Below are positions 55,009 to 63,763 of a stretch of 64,000 nucleotides of DNA, one piece after another. A model generated the notes under the pieces. The model was not told the origin of the DNA and ran no database searches. It saw nothing but the letters and a program-made list of their open reading frames with translations. Source of the stretch: Candidatus Dormiibacterota bacterium (GTDB lineage Bacteria; Chloroflexota; Dormibacteria; Aeolococcales; Aeolococcaceae). Both the position numbers and the translations under genes were made by a program. How positions within the stretch are numbered: the first letter of the stretch is position 1; each line of letters opens with the position of its first letter. The DNA is taken from assembly GCA_963718525.1 (NCBI GenBank), contig OY970355.1, positions 1,088,001-1,152,000 of the forward strand. The letters run 5' to 3'.

Positions 55009-55851
55009 ATGGCGCTTCCTGTGACCACGTCGCTCGTCGAGGACTCAGCGGCCCGGCTTGCAGCCGGGGGCTGGCACTTCACTCGCCGTCAGCTGTACTA
55101 CGCCACGTGCGCTCGCGCGGAAACCACCCCCGGCAACGCCGCATCCAATGGCGAGATCGGTCTCGGGGTGCTGATGATCCTCATCGGATTGATCCTCGTC
55201 AGCATCAAGGGGCTGTTCGCGCTGTTCGTGACCCTGGGGGTGGCGCTCATCCTCACCGGAATCCTCGGGAGACTGCGCCGTCCGAGGCTGAGCGGGCGGC
55301 TCCTCGCGCTCTCGTTCGACGAATTCCGTGCGCGCTTCGCATCACTCGACCTGGACGGCCTCATCCCTGATGCCGGCCCGGCTGCGCCCGCAGACGCGGC
55401 TGCGGAGACCATCATCGTCACCGACACGGCGGATACCGCGGCGCTGATCGCCGCGAACGCGGTCCGCGCGGAGCTCGGTGCGGTCAAGGCTACCGTGGCG
55501 AACGGTGGGCAGACTCCCGACCGCGGGACCCGAGTGATCGTGCTCCACGATGCGTCCCCGCGCGGATGCGCCCTGGTGATGGACCTCGGGGACGCCGGCG
55601 TCGAGGTGGTCGATGCGGGGCTGCGTCCTCGCGAGGTTGACGGGCCGTCGCATCAGGTGATCGAGGGTGCCCCCGCCCGGCTGCCTCGAGATCTGAGCGC
55701 CCTCCTGGACGTTGACGAGATCAACTGGCTCCTCAGTGGCCGGCGAGTCGAGCTCGCGACGCTCCCGCCCGAGGTCGTGATGGACCGAGTCCGCGCCGCC
55801 GTCAGCGAAGCTCCACGGCTTCGCGGCGATGCCCCGCAGCCAGCTCGCTGA
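55009..55851 (+). CDS. hypothetical membrane protein with Spo11/TopoVI-A-like motifs
   Basis: TRRQLYY, two TM helices, VLHDASPRG, AGLRP, RVELATL. Confidence 0.6.
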   Translation: MALPVTTSLVEDSAARLAAGGWHFTRRQLYYATCARAETTPGNAASNGEIGLGVLMILIGLILVSIKGLFALFVTLGVALILTGILGRLRRPRLSGRLLALSFDEFRARFASLDLDGLIPDAGPAAPADAAAETIIVTDTADTAALIAANAVRAELGAVKATVANGGQTPDRGTRVIVLHDASPRGCALVMDLGDAGVEVVDAGLRPREVDGPSHQVIEGAPARLPRDLSALLDVDEINWLLSGRRVELATLPPEVVMDRVRAAVSEAPRLRGDAPQPAR

Positions 55852-56803
55852 GCACCTCGGGCGACAGCTCGCTGCCCGACGCCGCGGCAACGCGGCACAC
55901 CGTCACCGCCCTGAGCGTTGCGGTTCGCCGGCCACCTTCGAGCAGCGCGCGCTCGCCGAGCACGGTCCCCGGTCCGACCTGAGCCACCGGCTTCCCGTCG
56001 ACCTCGACCGCGAGCACGCCGTCGAGGAGCAGGTACATGTCCTTTCCCTCGTCGCCCTGGGCCACAAGGGTCGCGCCCGCCTTGATCGTCTCGATGCGCG
56101 GTCTCACCCCGCCCCGCATGATGCGAAGCGACAGTTCGCGCTCGAGCGCGGTTTCGACCTCCGTGACCAGCGCCGGCGAATCCTCGTCGCCCCACGGCGT
56201 GTGCCTGCCGAACGCGTGCTGGTACCAGCGCTTGAAATCCACCAACCCGGACTTCTCCGCGAGGTTGCCGTCACGGTCGTAGACCCAATGGCGCGGAAAC
56301 GGACTGGCGCCGCTGAGCTCATGGTGTGACGTCCCGTCCGAGGCGATCGTGAGCGTCAGGCTCGTCCACGCGAGGGGTGCCGCGAGCTGGACGAAGGGAG
56401 GCCGATTCACCTTGCGTGGTGCTGGAACGCCGGTCCGTCCGCCGGCGGTCTGCGTGAAGCGAACCCAGCCGTCGCCCACGACAGGCGCCTGGCGCTTGTC
56501 GGGGAACGCAACCGCGGCGATCGTCATACCGCGACCGCCGAGATTGATCGTCGTCGCGCCGATCTCCCCGGCGCCGCTCTGGCCGTGGTCGACGATGCGG
56601 CCGTTGTCTACCTCGATCCACGCACTCAATTGGTTGGCAAATCGAAAGCGGTCCGCTTCCCGGAGCGCTGTCAGCGACTCGATGTGATCCGGCGGCGGGT
56701 CGTCGTAATGCGCCAGGCCAATCTCGAATGGGAGCTTGGTGGTGCCCTTGACGGCCTCGGAAGGAATCCACGAGATGGTCGTGACTGACGATTCGATGCG
56801 CAT
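55802..56803 (-). CDS. cyclic-nucleotide-binding protein with an unrecognised N-terminal domain
   Basis: C-terminal cNMP cassette QGD.G..MYLLLDG.L.V, G.VLGE.ALL...RTAT.RA; SD GGAGG; no HTH. Confidence 0.85.
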   Translation of the reverse strand: MRIESSVTTISWIPSEAVKGTTKLPFEIGLAHYDDPPPDHIESLTALREADRFRFANQLSAWIEVDNGRIVDHGQSGAGEIGATTINLGGRGMTIAAVAFPDKRQAPVVGDGWVRFTQTAGGRTGVPAPRKVNRPPFVQLAAPLAWTSLTLTIASDGTSHHELSGASPFPRHWVYDRDGNLAEKSGLVDFKRWYQHAFGRHTPWGDEDSPALVTEVETALERELSLRIMRGGVRPRIETIKAGATLVAQGDEGKDMYLLLDGVLAVEVDGKPVAQVGPGTVLGERALLEGGRRTATLRAVTVCRVAAASGSELSPEVLSELAAGHRREAVELR

Positions 56804-56949
56804 GTCGTACCTCCGTTGGCGCGAATCATGGCGTGCGTGTGACAACGTGGTCGAGGGTGCCGGGACCACAGGTGACAGTGAGGATGACCCCCGCACACCG
56901 TGGTGGCTGCCCCCATGTGCTTCGCCCAGTCGCTGACTACAGTTGATCC

Positions 56950-58266
56950 ATGCCATCGGAGCCGTCGATTCGCGTGGTGCTCGCGGATGACAACCTGATC
57001 GTGCGCGAGGGAGTGCGTGCGCTCCTCGCGGTATCCGGAGACGTCGAGGTGGTCGGAGTCGCCGGTGATTACGACGAACTTCTCGCCGGGGCTGCGGAAC
57101 ACGTTCCCCAGGTGGTGGTGACCGATATCCGTATGCCCCCGGATTTCACCGATGAGGGGATCCGCGCCGCACGCATCGTGCGCAAGCAGTATCCGGGGAC
57201 GGGGGTGGTGATCCTCTCCCAGTACGACGAGCCCGAATACGCCATCTCGCTGCTCAGTGAAGGTGCGGCCGGGTATGCGTACCTCCTCAAGGATCGAGTT
57301 GCGGAGGGCGATCAACTTGCCCGCGCAGTACGCGAGGTGAGCACCGGCGGATCGATGCTCGACCCTCGCATCGTCGACGCGCTGACGCAGCCCGTCAGTG
57401 CCGAGGGAGGCTTGAACACCGTCGAGGAGCGGCTGCTGCGCATGGTGGCCGAGGGGAAGCCGATCAAGGCGATCGCCGCGTCGCTCCATTCGACGCCGGC
57501 TTCGGTCGCCGACGATGTCGAGCAGCTCTTCCTCAAGCTCGCGCAGCAGGCGAGTGCCGGGACCCAGGGCGCGCTCGAGCGGCTGCGCCTGCTGCACAAG
57601 GTGATCATCGATCGCGAGGAGCAGGGCGAGAGCTTGAGCCGGATGCTGCCCGGCGGCGTTGCGCAACAGATGCGCGAGAACGGGGTGCAGCCCGGCAAGA
57701 CGGAGCGGCTCACGGTCACGGTGCTGATGTCCGACATCCGGGCCTATTCGACGATCGCCGAGGTGTCGGATCCGTCAGTGCTGGCGGGCCAGCTCAACGA
57801 GCATCGCGCCGCGATGAATCATGCGGTGCTCAACGAGGGCGGAACCGTGATGCAGTTCGTCGGTGATGCGGTGATGGCGGTCTTCGGCGCGCCCTTTCCG
57901 CAGCCCGACCATGCGCAACGAGCGCTCGCCTCGGCTCTTGCGATGCACGCCGGACAGCACGAGGTCAACGAGCACTGGAAGCAACGGAACCTCCCCCCGT
58001 TCTTTCTCGGCATCGGCCTTTCCACCGGTGACGTCGCCGCGGCATTGCTGGGGTCAGAGGAACGGCTCGAGTATTCGCTGGTCGGCGATGCGGTGAACCT
58101 TGCGCAGCGCCTGCAGCAGTGGGGCGAGGGCGGCCAGACGGTGTTGAGCGAACCAACATATGACGCGCTGGTTGAGAAGCCCGACGCCGAGCGTATCGAG
58201 CCGGCGCTGGTCAAGGGACGTCACACGCCGGTCGGCGCGTATCGACTGGGCGCGGCAACGGCATGA
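56950..58266 (+). CDS. response regulator (NarL-type REC + degenerate HTH) fused to a class III adenylate/guanylate cyclase
   Basis: LADDN, TDIRMPP, YLLKD; cyclase SDIRAYS, QFVGDAVM, GIGL.TG, VGDAVNLAQRL, VKGR. Confidence 0.9.
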   Translation: MPSEPSIRVVLADDNLIVREGVRALLAVSGDVEVVGVAGDYDELLAGAAEHVPQVVVTDIRMPPDFTDEGIRAARIVRKQYPGTGVVILSQYDEPEYAISLLSEGAAGYAYLLKDRVAEGDQLARAVREVSTGGSMLDPRIVDALTQPVSAEGGLNTVEERLLRMVAEGKPIKAIAASLHSTPASVADDVEQLFLKLAQQASAGTQGALERLRLLHKVIIDREEQGESLSRMLPGGVAQQMRENGVQPGKTERLTVTVLMSDIRAYSTIAEVSDPSVLAGQLNEHRAAMNHAVLNEGGTVMQFVGDAVMAVFGAPFPQPDHAQRALASALAMHAGQHEVNEHWKQRNLPPFFLGIGLSTGDVAAALLGSEERLEYSLVGDAVNLAQRLQQWGEGGQTVLSEPTYDALVEKPDAERIEPALVKGRHTPVGAYRLGAATA

Positions 58267-60401
58267 CTGCCAGGACCGCGTCGCGGCTGGCCTGGGGCAT
58301 TGCCGCGTTCGGGGTCGCTCTTGGTCTCAGTTGCGGGGCACTGGCGGTTGCGAACGGCGCATCGATTCACGCTGTCGACGCCGCCAACCCGCTCGAGATC
58401 GTCATGGCATTGACATTTGCGATCGTCGGCGGCCTGATAGCCTCGCAGCGGTCGCGCAACCCTGTCGGCTGGCTCTTTCTGTTCATGGCGATCGTCATGG
58501 GTGTCGGCGGCGTGGCCGCGCAGTACGCCCGCTTGGCTGCGATCACGCACCCGGGGCTGCCCGGGGCGCAATGGGCACTGTGGTGGTACATCTGGTCGGA
58601 GCAACTCGTCTATCCGGCCGGTGGCGCGACCGTCACTCTCCTGCTGATTCCCGACGGACGGCTCCCCTCCCGTCGATGGCGACCCGTGATCCCGGTCGCA
58701 ATTGTCGTCACGCTCGTCGTAACGGTCGTGATCGATGCGCTCGGCGCCTCACCGCTGCAGGGTCCGGAAAATCAGCCGCAACTCCCCAATCCGGTCGGCG
58801 TCCGGAGTATCGAGGTGCTCACCCAGGGGCCTCTTGGGTTGGTGTGGGTGATCGCGCTTGCGCTGCTGCTGATCGCCGCAACAGCGCCGTTTGTGCGTCT
58901 GCGCCGGGCTCGAGGCGAGGAACGCGAGCAACTGAAGTGGATCGCGTACGTCGTTGTGTGTACGGCGTTGGCGACCATCGCCGTTTACGTCGCGCAGCTG
59001 ATAGCACCCCAGAGCGTGGTTGCAAGCGCTGACGGCTGGCTGTTCGTCAACCTCCTGGGGTTCGGGATCGCCCTCCCAGTCGCCATCGGAATTGCGGTGC
59101 TCAAGTATCGCCTGTACGACATCGACATCATCATCAGTCGGACGATCGTCTACGGCGCGCTCGCCGTGTTTATCACCGCGGTGTACGTCGGTATCGCCGT
59201 CGGGATCGGAGCTCTTGTGGGCGGCGGAGGCAAACCCAACCTGGCGCTGTCCATCCTGGCCACGGCGATCGTCGCTCTCGGTTTCCAACCGGTGCGCGAG
59301 CGGATGCAGCGAGTCGCGAACCGGCTCGTCTACGGCAAGCGCGCGAGTCCGTACGAGGTGCTGAGCGAGTTCTCAGGACGGCTCGCGGAAACATACGCGG
59401 CCGACGAGGTGTTGCCGCGCATGGCCCGGGTGCTGAAGGAGGGGACCGGCGCGGAGTTCGCGACGGTATGGCTGCGGGGCGGCGCGGATCTGCGGCCGGC
59501 GGCGACATTCCCTGATGGAATCGCTGCGCACGAGTCGCTTCACACGTCCAACGTTGCGCTGCCGTTATTGCCAGAGGCAACGCGAACCGCTGAGGTGCGC
59601 CACCAGGGCGAACTCCTTGGCGCGTTGAGCGTCACCAAACGTCGCGGCGAATCGCTGACGCCGATCGAAGAGAAGCTCGTCGACGACCTGGCCCATCAGG
59701 CGGGGCTGGTGCTCAAGAACGTCGGCCTGAGCGCAGATCTGCGAGCCCGGCTCGACGACCTGCGCGCATCTCGGCAACGGTTGGTGCACGCGCAGGATCT
59801 CGAACGCCGTCGCCTGGAACGCAACCTGCACGACGGTGCGCAGCAGCACCTCGTGGCGCTCAAGGTGAAGCTGGGCTTGGCGGAGATGCTCCTCGGGCGC
59901 GACCCGACCAAGGCGATGGCGACCTTGGAACAGCTCAAGGGCGATGCCGACGAGGCGCTCGAGACGCTGCGTGACCTGGCTCGCGGCATCTACCCGCCGC
60001 TCCTCGCCGACAAGGGACTGGTGGTTGCGCTGGAATCGCAGGCTCGTAAGGCGACCGTTCCAGTGACCGTGCGCACCGATGGCGTGGAGCGCTATTCACA
60101 GGATGTTGAGGCGACGGTGTACTTCTGCGTACTCGAGGCCTTGCAGAACGTGCAGAAGTACGCACGGGCATCACACGTCGGGGTGCGCCTCCACGGGCAA
60201 GGTGAGAGCTTGACCTTCGAGGTCTATGACGACGGCGTCGGGTTCGACAGCGCGATCGCGAAGAAGGGTGCCGGACTCACCAACATGGCAGACCGTCTTG
60301 ACTCACTCGGCGGGTCACTGAAGGTGACGTCAAGCCCGAACGGTGGAACCACGATCAGCGGGACGTTGGCCGTCGATGGTGCAGCCCTGGTGGCGGTTTG
60401 A
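58263..60401 (+). CDS. multi-TM GAF sensor histidine kinase (HisKA_3 type)
   Basis: About 10 TM helices, YRLYDID, GAF-like segment, ERRRLERNLHDGAQQ, EALQN..K, DDG.GF, G.GL.NM.DR. Confidence 0.92.
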   Translation: MTARTASRLAWGIAAFGVALGLSCGALAVANGASIHAVDAANPLEIVMALTFAIVGGLIASQRSRNPVGWLFLFMAIVMGVGGVAAQYARLAAITHPGLPGAQWALWWYIWSEQLVYPAGGATVTLLLIPDGRLPSRRWRPVIPVAIVVTLVVTVVIDALGASPLQGPENQPQLPNPVGVRSIEVLTQGPLGLVWVIALALLLIAATAPFVRLRRARGEEREQLKWIAYVVVCTALATIAVYVAQLIAPQSVVASADGWLFVNLLGFGIALPVAIGIAVLKYRLYDIDIIISRTIVYGALAVFITAVYVGIAVGIGALVGGGGKPNLALSILATAIVALGFQPVRERMQRVANRLVYGKRASPYEVLSEFSGRLAETYAADEVLPRMARVLKEGTGAEFATVWLRGGADLRPAATFPDGIAAHESLHTSNVALPLLPEATRTAEVRHQGELLGALSVTKRRGESLTPIEEKLVDDLAHQAGLVLKNVGLSADLRARLDDLRASRQRLVHAQDLERRRLERNLHDGAQQHLVALKVKLGLAEMLLGRDPTKAMATLEQLKGDADEALETLRDLARGIYPPLLADKGLVVALESQARKATVPVTVRTDGVERYSQDVEATVYFCVLEALQNVQKYARASHVGVRLHGQGESLTFEVYDDGVGFDSAIAKKGAGLTNMADRLDSLGGSLKVTSSPNGGTTISGTLAVDGAALVAV

Positions 60402-62602
60402 TGTCTGCGGTCGCGACGCCAAACAGCGAGCCTTTAGCCACGCGGCGGCTCGCGAGGCCGGCAACCGCGTGGTTGTTCCTCTCCGTCGTCGTTGCGATGT
60501 ATGTGGCTTTCGGAGTGGTCTTCTACTCCCCGCTGACGTCGCCGGCACTGTTCCGCGCCTTGGGTGGTCTGAGCGCGGCGTTTGTCTTCCCCTTCTGCTC
60601 GTTTGCGATCGTCGGCGCCGTCATCGCGACGCGCCGGCCGGCCAACCCGGTGGGCTGGTTGTGCATCGCGGGATCCGCTGTCCTCGTCATCGGGTCGCTG
60701 GCGGCGCTCGTGGGTTCCATCCTCATCGACGCGCATAACGGTTTCGGCCGCTATGTTCTGCTCCTCTCGGCGTTCTGGAATAGCCCGGGCGGGAATGCGG
60801 CGATGCTGTTCCTGGTCATGCTGCTCGTCTTTCCCGACGGGCGGTTGCTGTCGCCGAAGGTGCGCTGGCTGGTATATGCAGTGGTGGGATTTGGACTATC
60901 GGGGCTCATCCTGGGGGTCATCAATCCAACTCCCGGAACGCTGAGCGCTGTGTCGACCACCCAGCCCGGCGTCGCCATCCCCGTCAGCGTTCTGGCCATC
61001 CCCGGTTCAGCGCCGGTGGTAAACACGCTGAGCACGCTCTGGAACGTGATCTCGAATGTGCTCACCGCAGGTGTGATCGTGGCCGTCTTCCTCCGCCTGC
61101 GTGGCGCCGATTCCGACACGCGCCACCAGATCAAATGGGTCGCGTCGGCAGCCCTGTTCTTGACGGCGACGATCCTTCTTTCGAACTTCCTTCCTATCAC
61201 GGTGTTCACCGATCCCGGTCCAGTGGTTGGCCCGGCGGCCGCACTGCTGGTGTCACTTGCGGTGCTCAGCGTGCCAGTGGCGATTGGCGTAGCCGTCTTG
61301 AAATACCGCCTCTACGACATCGACCTGATCATCAGCCGAACCCTTGTCTACGGCGTCCTCGCGGCATCCATCACCGCCGTCTACATCGGTATCGCGGTGG
61401 GCATCGGCACGCTGGTTGGCAGTGGCGGTCAGCCGAACCTCTGGCTGTCGATCGTCGCGACGATCATCGTCGCGATCGGGTTTCAGCCGGTCCGTGAGCG
61501 TGTGCAGAAGATCGCGAACCGGCTCGTGTACGGCAAACGTGCCACTCCGTACGAGGTGCTCACCGCCTTCTCGGATCAGGTGGCCGAAGCGTACGCGGCC
61601 GATGAGGTGTTGCCACGCATGGCGCGGGTGCTCCAGGAGGCGACTGGTGCTCAGTCTGCGACGGTGTGGCTCAAGGGCCCAACAACGTTGCGTGCAGCGG
61701 CGACGCATCCGAATGTTGAGGCATCGACCCCCGTACTGCTGCCGATGTCCAACGGCTCGCTCCCCGAGATCCCGGGCGCGACGACCTCAGTACCCGTCGA
61801 GCATCAGGGGCGTCTGCTCGGCGCGCTCAGCGTCGTCAAGCGCAGGGGTGACCCCGTGACCCCCACCGAGCAGAAGCTCATCGACGACCTTGCACACCAG
61901 GCGGGGTTGGTATTGAGAAATGTGGGTCTCACCGCCGAGTTGCATCAGCGCCTCGACGAGCTGCGCGCCTCCCGTCAGCGACTCGTGCGCGCCCAGGACG
62001 AGGAGCGTCGCCGCATCGAGCGCAACCTGCACGATGGTGCCCAGCAACACCTCGTGGCGCTCAAGGTGAAGCTCGGGCTCGCGCAGATGCTTGCAGCCAC
62101 GTCGCCGGAGAAAGCAAAGGTGACGCTGGTGCAATTGAAAGCGGATGCTGATGAGGCGCTTGAAACGTTACGAGATCTGGCGAGAGGCATTTACCCGCCT
62201 TTGCTCGCCGACAGAGGATTGGTTGCGGCGCTCGAGTCACAAGTGCGCAAAGCGATGGTGCAAGTCCGTGTTGACGCCGAGGATGTGGAGCGCTATGCCC
62301 AGGATGTGGAAGCAACGGTGTACTTCTGCGTGCTCGAGGCGCTTCAGAACGTGCAGAAATACGCCAATGCGTCCCAGGTTGTGGTGCGCCTTCGTGGTCA
62401 GGAGGCTGGGCTGACGTTCGAGATCGAGGACGACGGCACCGGCTTCGACACCTCGGCAGTGACGAGAGGTGCGGGACTCACCAACATGGTCGATCGAGTC
62501 GAGGCCCTCGGCGGCAGCGTCGACGTGACTTCGGCTCCGGGAGCGGGGACTCGCGTGTCCGGGAACGTCCCCGCACCGGCTCGCGAAGCCGTCCTCGCCT
62601 GA
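60401..62602 (+). CDS. multi-TM GAF sensor histidine kinase (HisKA_3 type), tandem paralogue
   Basis: Same architecture and near-identical kinase core to 58263-60401; TGATG overlap. Confidence 0.92.
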   Translation: MSAVATPNSEPLATRRLARPATAWLFLSVVVAMYVAFGVVFYSPLTSPALFRALGGLSAAFVFPFCSFAIVGAVIATRRPANPVGWLCIAGSAVLVIGSLAALVGSILIDAHNGFGRYVLLLSAFWNSPGGNAAMLFLVMLLVFPDGRLLSPKVRWLVYAVVGFGLSGLILGVINPTPGTLSAVSTTQPGVAIPVSVLAIPGSAPVVNTLSTLWNVISNVLTAGVIVAVFLRLRGADSDTRHQIKWVASAALFLTATILLSNFLPITVFTDPGPVVGPAAALLVSLAVLSVPVAIGVAVLKYRLYDIDLIISRTLVYGVLAASITAVYIGIAVGIGTLVGSGGQPNLWLSIVATIIVAIGFQPVRERVQKIANRLVYGKRATPYEVLTAFSDQVAEAYAADEVLPRMARVLQEATGAQSATVWLKGPTTLRAAATHPNVEASTPVLLPMSNGSLPEIPGATTSVPVEHQGRLLGALSVVKRRGDPVTPTEQKLIDDLAHQAGLVLRNVGLTAELHQRLDELRASRQRLVRAQDEERRRIERNLHDGAQQHLVALKVKLGLAQMLAATSPEKAKVTLVQLKADADEALETLRDLARGIYPPLLADRGLVAALESQVRKAMVQVRVDAEDVERYAQDVEATVYFCVLEALQNVQKYANASQVVVRLRGQEAGLTFEIEDDGTGFDTSAVTRGAGLTNMVDRVEALGGSVDVTSAPGAGTRVSGNVPAPAREAVLA

Positions 62603-62608
62603 CCTCCG

Positions 62609-62992
62609 CTACGCCGTTGCGGTCGCCGAGGCCCACGCCTCCGCGAGCCGGTCGGGACTGAAGTCGGACTTGGAGATGAACCCTGCGGCGCCCGCCTCGG
62701 CGGCGCGGGGGGCATACTCGTCAGCCTCGTACGTCGACAGGACCAGCACCACGACAGGCCTGGTTTCCTCAACGCCCGCAAGGATCTGGCGAGTGGCGTC
62801 GAGCCCGCTGATCCCCGGCAGGTTCACATCCATCAGGACCAGGTCAGGGCGCAGATCGCGAGCCGACGTCACCGAATCCTCGCCGGTTTCAACCTCACCG
62901 ACCACCTCGAAGCCATCGGTGAGCTCGACGACGGTACGCGCGACATCGCGAAACGGCGCCTGATCGTCGACGATCAACACTCTCACACTCAT
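62609..62992 (-). CDS. single-domain response regulator receiver
   Basis: LIVDDQ, LMDVNLPG, LST, FISK; SD GAGGTG. Confidence 0.9.
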   Translation of the reverse strand: MSVRVLIVDDQAPFRDVARTVVELTDGFEVVGEVETGEDSVTSARDLRPDLVLMDVNLPGISGLDATRQILAGVEETRPVVVLVLSTYEADEYAPRAAEAGAAGFISKSDFSPDRLAEAWASATATA

Positions 62993-63096
62993 CTCACCTC
63001 GCACGGTATCCCGATGTGCGTCGCCTGGCAAGCGTATCTGCCTCACCTGTTCGGTGATGCAGGCACCCGGCACCTGTTCGCGCCTATTCTCTGGGC

Positions 63097-63762
63097 GTGG
63101 CGATTCGCGTGATCCTCGCCGAGGACAACTACCTCTTGCGGGAAGGCATCCGGCAACTGCTGGAGACGTCCAACGAGATCGAGTTGCTCGCCACGTGTGT
63201 CGACCTTCCCTCGCTGGAGCGCGCGATCGAGGAGCACAGCCCAGAGGTCGTGATCACCGACATACGGATGCCACCGATGGGGACCGACGAGGGGCTGCGC
63301 GCCGCCGAGCGTTTGCGCGCTGAGCGTCCGGGGGTCGGTGTCGTCGTGCTCAGCCAGTACGCCGAGCCGGAGTACGCGCTCGCGCTGCTCGAGAAGGGTG
63401 CGAGCGGTCGCGCCTACCTGCTCAAGGAGCGCGTGTCGGACATCGACCAGCTCGTCGGGGCGGTCCGCGAAGTCGCCCGCGGTGGATCGGTGATCGACCC
63501 GCGCGTCGTCGAGGTGCTCGTCGCCGCCCGCAGCGCGGTCCGGGACTCGCCGATCGCGCAGCTCACGCCCCGTGAGCGTGATGTGCTCCAGCAGGTTGCC
63601 ATGGGGAGGAACAACGCGGGCATCGCAACCACGCTGTTCCTGACCGAGCGCGCCGTTGAGAAGCACATCAACGCAATCTTCTCCAAGCTCGAGCTCTCAG
63701 AGGAACCGGACGCGCATCGTCGCGTCAAAGCGGCGCTCGTGTACCTCGCCGCGCAGCACTAG
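63097..63762 (+). CDS. NarL/LuxR family response regulator
   Basis: LAEDN, TDIRMPP, YLLKE, LTPRE..VL..VA.G..N..IA..LF...AVEKH. Confidence 0.93.
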   Translation: MAIRVILAEDNYLLREGIRQLLETSNEIELLATCVDLPSLERAIEEHSPEVVITDIRMPPMGTDEGLRAAERLRAERPGVGVVVLSQYAEPEYALALLEKGASGRAYLLKERVSDIDQLVGAVREVARGGSVIDPRVVEVLVAARSAVRDSPIAQLTPRERDVLQQVAMGRNNAGIATTLFLTERAVEKHINAIFSKLELSEEPDAHRRVKAALVYLAAQH

Positions 63763-63763
63763 A

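Noticed and set aside
55009-58266. Pycsar/CBASS-like anti-phage system (cyclase + cNMP-binding + TM protein)
   Set aside because: The cyclase is receiver-gated and embedded in a two-component cluster, the genes are not in one operon, and there is no defence-island context. Treated as signalling, though the nucleotide product is untested.
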